Shown here in pieces: positions 35,301-47,300 of a stretch of DNA of 64,000 bases (the stretch's first letter is position 1; each line of letters starts with the position of its first letter). A program made the translations under genes and the position numbers. Origin of the DNA: Antedon mediterranea (lineage: Eukaryota > Animalia > Echinodermata). A model generated the notes under the pieces. The model worked only from the letters and a program-made list of their open reading frames with translations. It was not told the DNA's origin and made no database searches. The stretch is from assembly GCF_964355755.1 (NCBI RefSeq), contig NC_092676.1:4317888-4381887 (forward strand). The letters are read 5' to 3'.

Positions 35301-38300
35301 AGATATAAGAAAGATATAAATGGTAAAAATATATTCATAAAAATCATAGGGTTACAACCTCCCCTCTTGAACTCTGCGTTGTCCCTAACGCACTTAGAGA
35401 ATTTGCCAGACCATAGAGACTGGTGGCTACTCTGCTATACCAGGTTGGATTTCCAAGATGATCATAGTTGAGTCTTCGAGGCACTTGACGGTTTCTGACT
35501 GGCCTGCTGTATTCCTCCGTTTCTACAGTGATGTCGTCACCTTGTTCTGTAACACTTTCTGGTTCATTGGTTGTTTGATCACCATCATCAGACTCGGACC
35601 TCGTTGTTGTGTTAGTATCACCACTAGCTGTGTCTGCAGTTTCTACAGGCACTTCAGTATTGTTTTCACACTGAACTTGCTCCTCTTGTCCACTACTAAA
35701 ATCTGTGATTCTCTTTATAAGTGTTCTAGGCGTGTATTCAGAGGCATCCGTATTTGGAAATGTAGAAGATACTATTATAGGCCTACTTGGAGTTTCTTGT
35801 AGATACGGTGGTGTAAGTGAACCAGCTATGCTGCTATCCTCTATTTCAGAATTATCATTTTGTACAGGAGTAGCATTGAGAACATCAATGTGCTCAGTTT
35901 CACTGGCCTGATCATTTGCATTATCTACAGGAACTGATATAGTTACATCTACAACAGATTCATCATCTTCATCACTGGAACAAGAATTTTCATTCTCGGT
36001 TGTATTCTTTGTTTGTGATCGGGTTTTTGGTCTTCTAGCCTTTTCTGGAACTGGACTGGGTAGTCTCACTTCTGTGATGTAACCAACAGGAAGAATATGA
36101 TCCCGATGCAAAGTTTTAGCTTGTTCATTACCTTTTTCTGGTTTAAGTCTGTAAACTGGAAGGTCTGCAAATTTCTCTATAATAATAAATGGTTCAGGTT
36201 TCCAACGGTCTGCAAGCTTATTCTTTCCTTTAAGTCCTAAGTTTCTGACTAGAACTCAGTCTCCTGGTTGCAGAACTGCATTAGCTATACGGACTTTCTT
36301 ATCGTACCTCCTTTTGTTAGCATGCCCAGCCTTTTCTGACTCATTTCGTGCCATATCATAAGCTTTCTCAAGACCTTGACGAAGATCTTCCACATATTTG
36401 CTATGACTACGATTTTGGTTTCCATCAGGGTGCAAGTCGAAACAAATATCAACGGGCAAGCGAGCTTCCCTTCCAAACATAAGAAAGTAGGGTGAAAATC
36501 CGGTACTGTCATGCTTCGTGCAATTATATGCATGCACTAACGAGCTGACATGCTTACTCCAATTTACTTTCTTTTCATTTTCTAATGTTCCCAGCATGTT
36601 TAATAGTGTTCGGTTAAATCTCTCAGGTTGTGGATCTCCTTGTGGGTGATAAGGAGTGGTATGTGATTTGTGAATTCCTAATAGACCAGTGAGTTCTTTG
36701 ATCACTTTACTTTCAAATTCTGGTCCTTGATCAGAGTGGAGCCTTTTTGGTAGCCCATAGTGTTGAAAGTATTGTTGCCATAATACCTTCGCAACTGTAA
36801 GTGCTGTTTGGTCCTTTGTCGGAAAAGCTTGGGCATACCTGGTGAAATGATCGGTCACTACCAGTATCGACTTCTTACCACTGCTATCTGGCTCAAGAGA
36901 CAGAAAGTCCATACAGACCAACTCCATAGGTCCATTTGTTTTAATATTGTGTAGCGGTGCACTTTTTGAAGGCAAAGATTTACGTGCTAGGCAACGACCA
37001 CAATGCTTGACCCACTCTACCACCTCTGTTGACATCTTCGGCCAATAGAATCTCTCTCTAACTAACGCTACTGTGCGTTCAGTGCCATGATGTCCTAAGT
37101 CATTATGGAGCATTGTCAAAGCCTTCACTCGGTAAGCCTTTGGTAAAAGGAGTTGTTCAATTTTACTACCGTCTTGAGGTCTGGTAATAGCGAGCTTTCG
37201 TTTTAGTACGGTAAACGTGCAGTACGGCCGGTTTAACCAACCGTGACCGTACTCATTTACTAGGTTCCCGTCATGTCTGTTTCTGTTTCGTTTTGTTCAC
37301 GGGCGCGACGGGAACATGTGCGCGATGTATCAGGTACCATCATCAGTTGACTCGACTTTCAGCATCTTACAACATGGCGAACCTACATAGGGTACGAGAT
37401 GCTCTTGTTGCTGCCTATATATCAGATGTTCTGGACGAGGAAGAATTCATTATGTTGTATAGTATGAATTCCCCAAGTAATCCTGATTTTCAGTATAAAA
37501 GTGATGAATATCAATTCAACTTGGATAAATTCAACGATGATGAATGCAACAGCTATTTCAGGTAAGCCGACCATCAGGCTAAATCAGGGTAGCACTTTAT
37601 TTATCAATTTATAATCTACTACTAGGTAGGGCTAGATAACGTTAAGGCATTATAAAGCTTAAATACATTTAACATTGGTTACTAACAATTATACTTCCAT
37701 ATACCTTGAAGGTATTGCTTTCTTTTATGTATAGCCCTAGTAGGCTACTATACTATCTACAGAAGCTACTATTTAGTAATAAATGTTGATTAAATATTAA
37801 ATTAATATATGATGCCCATAACATGTCCAGTATCATGTATGTTATCCATTATGAGATTTAAAATATACTGTGTATTATTATTTCCCTTAGATTCCAGAAA
37901 AATGATATCTACCGGCTGAAACATGCTTTGGGGGTGCCACCAACTGTAATTCTGGAGAATAAGTCGAAAATTGATGGAGATCTTATCAAGGACTATGGAC
38001 GTTCAGTACCACAGCTTTACTTGGCGTTTAAGTGGATGACCAACTACATCTTCGACATCCATAGACATCGGATCTCATCCTTAGATCAGCCATGGTTATC
38101 CCCACAACATTTACAGGAATTTGCTGAGGCAACACACACAAAGGGTGCTGCTTTGAGGAACTGTTGGGGGTTCGTTGATGGAACCGTAAGGCCAATATGC
38201 CGACCAAATCAGCATCAACAAGTTATGTATAATGGTCACAAAAGAATCCATGCCATGAAATTCCAGTCAGTGACAGCTCCCAATGGCCTCATAGCTCACC

Positions 38301-41300
38301 TATATGGACCTGTGGAAGGGAGGAGACATGATGCATTTCTCCTTCGTGAATCGGGTCTGTTGACAGAGCTTGAGGCCAGATCACATGATCCACAGGGAAA
38401 TGTATTGTGCGTGTATGGTGATCCTGCGTACCCATTGCGCCCACAATTGCAAGCACCTTTCCCGACGGTACGGATAACACCAGAACAAGTGGCCTTCAAC
38501 GCGGCAATGTCCAAAGTCAGAATTAGCGTTGAATGGCTATTTGGTGACATTGTAAATATATTTAAATTTACAGACTATAAGAAGTCTCAGAAAGTGCAAT
38601 TGAGTGCATGTGGCAAAATGTACATTGTTTCTGGAATACTTACAAATGCACATACATGTGTGTATAAGAACAATACATCTGCCTATTTTGAACTTGAACC
38701 GCCATCGCTGGAAGAATATTTTCAATGAATGTATTTTTTTTCTAAATTATTGTAAATAATTGTGATAGAAGTGATATTGAATTTATTAAAAATTGTATAA
38801 ATTAAAAAGTAAATAACTGTTTCCATTTAAATTTAAGAAGTTATTCATATAAATATTTTTATTGTAACCATATACATTCATAAACATCTAACTGTAATAC
38901 AAGAGAACCTTTAATAGATTAAAAGAAATAAAATGGTTCCAGTTTAAATAAAAATCCTGGAAAACTCTTAAACACTTAACTGTATATAACATACCAACAC
39001 TAAAGATACACCTGCAATAGAACAAATATTTAGTGTATTTTTAAAATGTAAATTATTGTAATTGTGACTAAAGTGATAGCTGAATTACCGGTATTATGTT
39101 AAAACGTCGTAAGGTAAATAAATGTTTCTATTTATTGATATTGAAAAGCATGTATTAATTATATTTTGTTAATGCTCATTCATATAGAAACAAAACTTCT
39201 TTGATTTAAACTACATATTCTTTGGCATCAATGGTATTCAAAACATTCAAGATAATAATTAATAGATTGAAAGAAACAATGGTATAAGTATATATAAATA
39301 AAGGCATGCATTAATAAACACATAAATATATATAAAAACAACTATAGTAGAAAGTATATTGCAGAGATTAGCACAATAAAAAAATATATCAAGGATCTAG
39401 TTTTTCTTTTCCATGGACTTAAGAAATGCCATCATCAGTGTTTGCGTTTGCTGGTTTTGATGTTGCAAGAGTTGCTGTTGTTGAAGTATTTGCTGCTGCA
39501 TTTGTTGTTGTTGTTGCAGTTGTTGCTGTTGGAAGGCCTCAAATCGTCTTTCCCTTCCTCTTTCTTCTGCCCTCCTTCTTCTGCCCTCCTTCGTTCTTCT
39601 TCCTCTTTTTTTTCTCTCCATCTCCTCCCTTCGAAGTTGCTGATCTATCTCCATTTTTTTTTGAATGATACCGATTGTGTCATTCCCACTATTCCTTCTT
39701 TTTGGTGTGTTACTTTCAACATCAAGCCTAAAAATAAATTTACAAAAATAAGAACTAAACTAAGGAAGAGGGGGATAAAAAACACTTTAATCTGCCTCTA
39801 CATTTTACATAAATTTGGTATTACCTTTTCCGCGTTTCTCCAAATGTTTCACATGCACGTTTTCTCATTTCTGCACCATCAGCCTTTTTCTTCTCTTCAT
39901 CTCCTCTTTCCTTTGGTAACATTTCTATATCCTCCTCTTCTTGGATGAATTCTTCAATACTTTCCCTTATTCGTAAGTACCTTGACAAAACATCAACTGA
40001 ACGTCTTGTTCATGCTTTTGTTTCATCTCGTCTGGACTGTAATAACTCGCTTCTGTACGGCCTACCAACTTCTTATCTGTCTCCTCTTCAACGAATCCAA
40101 AATTCCGCCGCAAGACTTATCACTGGCACTAAACGACATGAACATATTTCTCCCGTTTTACGTGACTTACACTGGTTGCCTGTTGATCAGCGCATTCGTT
40201 TTAAAATCCTGTTGCTGACATATAAGGCCATCAACGGATGTGCTCCAGCCTACATATGTGACATCATTACTCCGTCAACCAACTCTTCGCTTCGTTCATC
40301 CAGCAGACTTCTTCTAAAACCTGGACCCCGTTCCAGAACTCGGTTTTACGGTGATCGTGCTTTCGCTGTCGCAGCCCCAAAACTCTGGAACACTCTACCA
40401 CTCGAAATACGCTCATCAAAATCTGTTATCACATTTAAAACTAAACTCAAAACTCATCTCTTCAGAGAAGCATAATCGCACGCTACTACTTGCACTGATC
40501 TTGGAAAACACAGCGCTTTGAAACCTTTGTCTCTTGCGCTTTATAAATGTTATTTATTATTATTATTATTATTTGCTTTTCCTCATCTGTCTCCTCCACT
40601 GCAATTCCACTGGCTGCCTTTTCTTTGTTATTTTTTCCTTTCACCTTATCCATCAAATTAGATATGCGATCTCGCACTGCCCGCCTGTCAACTTTGTATT
40701 CACGGGCCTTCATTGCATCAGCAACAGCCTGCCATGCCTTTCCCCGCTCAGTTGTGCCCTTCTTGGACTGAAAAGGTCTAGCCAAGATTACTTCTCCTAT
40801 TAGGATTTGATCCTTTTGGTTGTCCCAGATCATGCTGAAATAAATAATAAAATCACATAATTTATGATAGTGTTTTTTAATGTAATATTTTTCTCATCAA
40901 TTCAGTGTAGGAGTTTTTAATCTAATGAAGTAATAAATGAAAATAAATAATATAGCTTGAATGAACTATCCACTTTATACAATTAATCATGCTAATATTG
41001 ATTGACATTGATAACACATTTATTTCAGACTGAAAAAAGCATACTATTATATAATATTATATGTTTTATGCATACAAAAAAAAAGTTTACAATAATAATA
41101 ATATATTAAAATAAATGTAAAAAAGTGAGCACTATTGAATTATCTAACTAACCGGTTTGTACTCTTTTTTGTCTTAATTTCTTCTGCCTGTTTTGAAAAA
41201 AAAAATTAATAAAAAATCAAGATAAAAATAATAAAATGTACACAAGCTTATCTACATATATCTTATATTGTATGACAATAAGATAAATACTTTAAGCTAC

Positions 41301-44300
41301 ATTGGCAGGGAGTTGTTATAAATCTAATAAAGTAAACAACTCCTTTGTTTTAAGCAAAGCAGGATTGAATTGAAGATAATTTGATTAGCTAGTTTTTATC
41401 AATATTATTGAACTTGTCATTTTCTGTCATCTTTTGAGTAGGGGGTCCTACGTATCTAGACCTCCTATTTGTGCAAGTTGTGTTTATTTGTAGGACCGTG
41501 TAGGGATAGCCTAAATGCCAGCAGCTAGGGTATCGCAGCTAGGCCCTAGGCTAGTTAGTTCGATTAGGCCACTGGTTTGCCCTCTATTATACTACTACTA
41601 GCCTAGGCTAGCTAGGGCTAGGCTAGGCTAGGCCCTAGGCCGAATCTCTAAGCCAATTTTTTTATTTTATATTTGGCATCACTGATCTAGAGCACTACAT
41701 TAATGAACATTCATTTAATATGCTATAGCCTAGTCTATGTTTGATTACATAAAGCTAAAATAACGACTGATTAAACTGCTTTACCTTTGACGATACTGCT
41801 TCCATCGTGTCCTTCGTATTAAAATACACAGCTGAATGTTCGTTTCAGACAGGACGCTATTTCTTCTCACTACCGTTCTGAAATTTAGCGCTACGGCGAG
41901 TCTTAAATTTCTGCGCATGCGTAGATCACATTTCGGTTCAAATTACCGTACTGAACTACTTCCGTACTAAAACGAAAGCTCGCTAATAATACGGTACAGT
42001 ACATTATCTTTCAATGTTAATTTGGCATATTCTCTGCAATAACGAGTAAGTTCCTTCGACGCGTTGTTTGTTATCTTTGGCTTCTGACCTGATTTTACCA
42101 TTTCTTTCAGTTCCTTTAACACATAATCAGCATCCTGTGCTTCATTCCAGTTAATAACATCAGTGAGGGATGTTTCATTACTATACATCTCTGGAATACA
42201 CTGACTACTACCACCAAGACAATATGCATAAGGTAGTGTGTCACTTGAATTGGTAACAGCTGAACGTATCCCATATACCGCATTTATGACTTCTTTAGGT
42301 GAGATTTCACTCACTCGCGTTTGTAGATTCTCTTTAATTCTCATCTGATCAACTTCATCTGCCGCATTAGCATCAGAAGCGAGAGGTCTGCGGGACAATG
42401 CATCCGCATCTTGATTAGTTCTACCAGGTTTATATTGAATGGAGAAGTCAAAGTTAGCTAACGCGGCCAACCATCGGTGACCTGTAGCATCCAATTTAGC
42501 TGAAGTAAGAACATATGTTAATGGATTACTGTCAGTCATTACCTTGGTACCTTTTGCATGGTACAAAAGATCCTTAAATTTATCAGTTACGGCCCATTTT
42601 AATGCCAGGAATTCAAGTTTATGTGCTGGGTAATTTCTCTCACTCTGGCTCACTGTCCGACTAGCATATGCTACAGGTTTAAATTTGTTGTCAACTTCCT
42701 GTAATAAAACTGCTCCAAGACCATCACGGCATGCATCGACATGAAGTTGGAATGGCTTGGTGAGATCAGCATATGCTAAAACAGGTGCAGATGATAATCT
42801 AGTCTTAAGTTGGTTAAAAGCCTGGTTACATAGATCAGTCCATTGATTTGAGAATGGTTCAGAAGACTTCTGTAACCCGTCATGACGTACTTTCTTTGAC
42901 GTTCGACCACGCTTAGGTGAGAAGGCATATTTACTGGCTAATGAGTGAAGCGGAGCTGCAATTTTCGAGTATCCTTCAACAAATCGTCTATAATAACCTG
43001 TTAGGCCAAGGAAACTTCGTAAGTCCTTAGCATTCTTTGGTGTAGGCCACTCTTTAACGCTTGAAACCTTTTCAGGATCAGTCTGAATTCCCTCTTCGCT
43101 TACTATATGCCCAAGGTATGTTACAGATTTGCAAAAGAACTTGCACTTCTCTGGAGAAACCTTGAGGCCAAACTCTTTTAAGCGATCAAATACTTTGGTG
43201 AGACGATTTTCCATCTCCTCTACTGTCTTAGAAAATACGATAATGTCATCCATGTATACCAATGCTTCAATAAAATTCATGCCGGACATACAAGATTCCA
43301 TTAATCTTTGAAAAGTAGACGGTGCACCTTTAATACCTTGAGGCATCCTTTCGAATTCATAAAAACCAATTGGGCAAGTGAAGGCGGTTTTCTCCTTGTC
43401 ACTCTCGCGCATAGGAATTTGATAGAAACCGGACTTAAGATCAATTACAGAGAACCATTTGGAACCACTGAGACAGTCGACAGCATCTTGTATCAGGGGT
43501 ACTACATACTGGTCTGGCACAGTCCTTGCATTCAACTTTCTGTAATCGACGCACATTCGTAAGGAGCCATTTTTCTTTCTGACCAAAACAATTGGTGAGG
43601 CATATCTGCTCTTTGATGGTTTGATAATTCCATTACTTAAAAGTTCGTGAATATGTGTTTGTAAGTCAACTAAGTCGCCTGGGGATACCCTTCGTGTCCT
43701 CTCTCGAAAAGGAGTAGTGTCGTTCAAGTTGACTTCATGCTCAGCATTAGAGGTCAATCCAAGGTCCCATTCATGTTTGGCAAAAACATCAGCCTTTTCC
43801 TGGAACCTGCTAAGCATTCGGCTTTTAACATCTACGGGCACTTCAGATCCCCATTCAAACGGTAACTTACTGATGTCATTTAATTGCTCTGGGATTTGAG
43901 AAGAATTAGTTGAACAAGGGTTAGTAATGCTGCTAGGGATAGTGGCTTCTGCTAGTATATTATTTTTATGTACATAAATATCTTTTGAACTGCTGTTTTT
44001 AACATCTATATTTACAGTGACACGTTTTCCTCTGGGTAATTTCTTAAGGCAAATGGTTGAATTTAAATGTGCATTGACTTTGTTATTTGTATCAATCAAT
44101 ACTGTGACTTCATTGGTTGGCTTTCTGACTACCGCTTTAACGCTCTTGGTGGTACCAGCAGCAATAAGCTCACTACCAGCTGACCGTATAATCATGGTTT
44201 TCTCTTGGTTATCAGCATTGCGATATATAGCTGCACAACGTGTATTAATGAAGAGTCTTCTCAGGTATTGGGAACCAGCCCTTTTCTTACATTCCTGACG

Positions 44301-47300
44301 GAGTTGATTGAACAATCCTGTGTTGGTACCAATAATTACTTCATGTGAATTTTCAGTGTCTGGAACGACTAAAACTAGAACTTCAAAATTCTTATTGGTG
44401 CCAGCAAAAGTTTGAGGGAAAGCAATTCTAACCTTGGTCCATCCGAGATATGGTATTTTGCCACCACCACCATGCCATAAGACTAAATCTGACAAAAGAT
44501 GCAATGTCTTTGTAAGCTTCATAAAGACTGAATTATTAATTGTAGTGACTTGTGAACCACTATCCAAAAGGCAATTATGTTTTAACCCATCAATGAAACA
44601 TTCTTCAGTCACACTCTCCCCCACCAGTCCATTGGGAATATCGGTAAAATTTGGAGCTAATCGTTCTTCTTTGACATCTGACTGCCCCCCTTCAAATGTC
44701 CGTTGGAGTTTCCCTGGTTGTGCAGATGGCTAATCAATTTCTCGTTAACTAATGCAGCATTTACTTCTTTGGCACAATTACGTTTAATATGGCCATTTTC
44801 GCCGCAGTTGTAGCAGAATTTAGGGAAGTCAGATGGTTGTCGTCGTCCCCTACCTTGCCATTGGGTCTTTTGTTGATGTGGTTTTGATTCTGGTTGAGAT
44901 TGTTGACTTTGTTGCTGGGTATGAGTACTGCCTAGAGTCGATTGTTTTAACATTTTCTCAATTCTGCTCATTCGCTCAATCAAATCGTTATTTTGGACTG
45001 AATGAGATGCAGCCACTGCGTTGCGGCTTTGCCCTTTAGCCTTCATCTGTCTATTTGATGTTTCTTCCTCCCATCGTCTCACTTTTCCTAGTAGGGTAAG
45101 ATATGTTGGTGGTGCTTCTTGTAATTCTCTTAAACGCAAGTCCACTAACAGCAATGGTTCGAAGATGTTGCCCCTTATGAACTGCTTCAGAATTGCGGCA
45201 TTCATCCTGTCTTCTGATATACCTCCCTTTTGCAGAACATGTCGTAAAGAATCCTGCAGTCGTGTGAGGTAATGTGATGGCGTTTCCCCTGTCTTTTGCT
45301 CAATCGAAAAGAATTGGTGGAACAATTCTTCACCTGTAAGCGTTGAGCCATACACTACCTCCATAGCTTGGAGATAATCTTTTGCTGAAGCTGATGGGTT
45401 TTCTCGCCGGAGGTCATCAATAACATCCAACGCTGGAGAACGGAGTGCTTCACGTAGTCGCCTTTTCTTTTAAGCTTGTGAAACCTCTGTCTCCGATTCT
45501 TCAATAAGGGCCTTTGCCTGTGTCCTCCATACATGATATGGGTCTTCGTCTTTCCCTTTGTCAGTTCGGCCAGAGAATACTCTAAGTTTTCGGTAGTTTA
45601 CTGACAGTCTAGCCACATTTAGCAATTCACTGTGATGAGTTGAATGACTTGGTTCGGGTGACGTGGAGGGAAGTAATGATGAAAACTCTTCTACCCGTTT
45701 GACTATAATCGTAAAATTAATCGTGTCATCTTCTTCAGAGATTTCAAATTCTTCTGGAATGTTCATATCTGCTGTTTTCAATGACAGTCTAGCTAATATG
45801 AAAGTTTTCTTGAAGTCATGTTTGTCGATTTCATCTCTTCGTTTTATCTCTTCGACTGGCAGAGCACCACACAACTTTCTATATAGCCTGTGAGTAGCCA
45901 CTGTTGTTCTAGGCGCAGACAGTAAAATTGGGTAACCTACAAGATTAGCCCATTCTAAGGCATACTCTATTAATTTCGACATCTTGGCTCTTTTTAACTA
46001 CTTAGAAATAAATAAAACCTACTTATCAGAATACTGTAATTACAAGACGTAAATAATGGTGATTAACCACACACACAATAGTAATAAAATATATATTACG
46101 TTTCCCGGACGAGCCCCCAATTTGTAACCCGAGTTTCTAGCAAGAAACTAAAATTTCCAAGAAGTATTAAATAATCAAATCAAGGAAAACGCCTTATAAA
46201 TTAAAATGTAGATTTATTCCTTTGACATCAACTTGTCAGAATTTACATAACCAATATTATTTATTCACAAGATAAAACATTAAAGTGTCCACAAAACTAA
46301 AAGTTTATATTAAAATTGAGTCTTCAGTTGAAACAATTCCGACTTGAAAGGTTCCACAGTAGAGTAAATGTTATCAACGAAATGTTCCGACCAATGGTGT
46401 AATAATTGCAATAATGATTCGTAAATTTCAAAAGTAGTGTTTTCTCATCTAAGAAAAGAGAAAATATATACATATACTATATAACTATAAAACAATTTAA
46501 ATCAAATATCATTTGGTACATAATTAAAATACCACAATGTTTGCAAAATAACCTAGGCTATGATAGACAATTAAACAAAATAAAACATAATCCGTCAATA
46601 CCGCCAGGTTCGATTAACACTGATTGGTATATGATTATTCACACTACTCATTAAAACATTAGTTACATTATATAGTTAGAGGTACTTCGTTTGGTAAGTA
46701 TGCTAATACTTGATACCAATATAACTACATTGCAACTCAATGGATAATAGCAATAGCTATTCAAACGTGTGTCTATCAACATATTAACCTGACTATTATA
46801 AACTCAGGATGGTTAATGCAGCGCATCCATTCAATAAACTAAATTATAAACTAAAAGGTAATTAAAGGTATAAAAATAAATGTCGCATAAAGCGGAAATC
46901 AAAAATAAGTGTATAATACAATAGTCTCAATTCTACAATCACACTCCAATTGTCTCTAGGTCAATCAATACCAAGAGTGTACTGCCATCTAGTAAATGAC
47001 CCACATTTACCAGAATCGTCCTGATACACTCATACAATTAAAAGTATTAGCAAAAGCAAGTTAATCACTTCAAGACCCTTTAACTTAAAACGGGAGAGAA
47101 CAATGTGTGATTGCAGAACCTTACTTTACAGTAACATAAATTACCAAGCGCAATTGCAAATGGTATCACAAAAGTTATAAAATATAATCAAAAAGTTAAG
47201 TATCACATAACTAATCTAAAGCATTGAGCCAATGCAAACATAATGCATAAACCTAATCTTCATAAGCTTAAATCTCAAATTAAGTTATATTAACAAATTT

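Larger units (their letters stand above)
37189..41984. mobile_element. PIF/Harbinger-superfamily (PHIS, Pangu-like) DNA transposon inserted in Gypsy pol
   Basis: 23-bp perfect TIR AGCGAGCTTTCGTTTTAGTACGG; 3-bp TSD AAT (37186-37188, 41985-41987); excision restores LYRIITRPQDG in pol; two convergent genes. Confidence 0.92.

Noticed and set aside
35125-35319. 64-aa ORF duplicated at 47464-47658
   Set aside because: Chance ORF inside the identical LTRs with a non-ATG start and no recognisable domain
35344-36111. Separate env-like third ORF
   Set aside because: In frame with integrase across one CGA-to-TGA-type stop; no signal peptide or TM segment
39426-39948. Hydrophobic plus-strand ORFs (80 and 168 aa)
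   Set aside because: Antisense of the Gln/Glu/Arg-rich transposon accessory gene
45470-45472. Programmed readthrough in gag
   Set aside because: TAA lies mid-capsid domain with no readthrough context; a simple nonsense mutation is more likely
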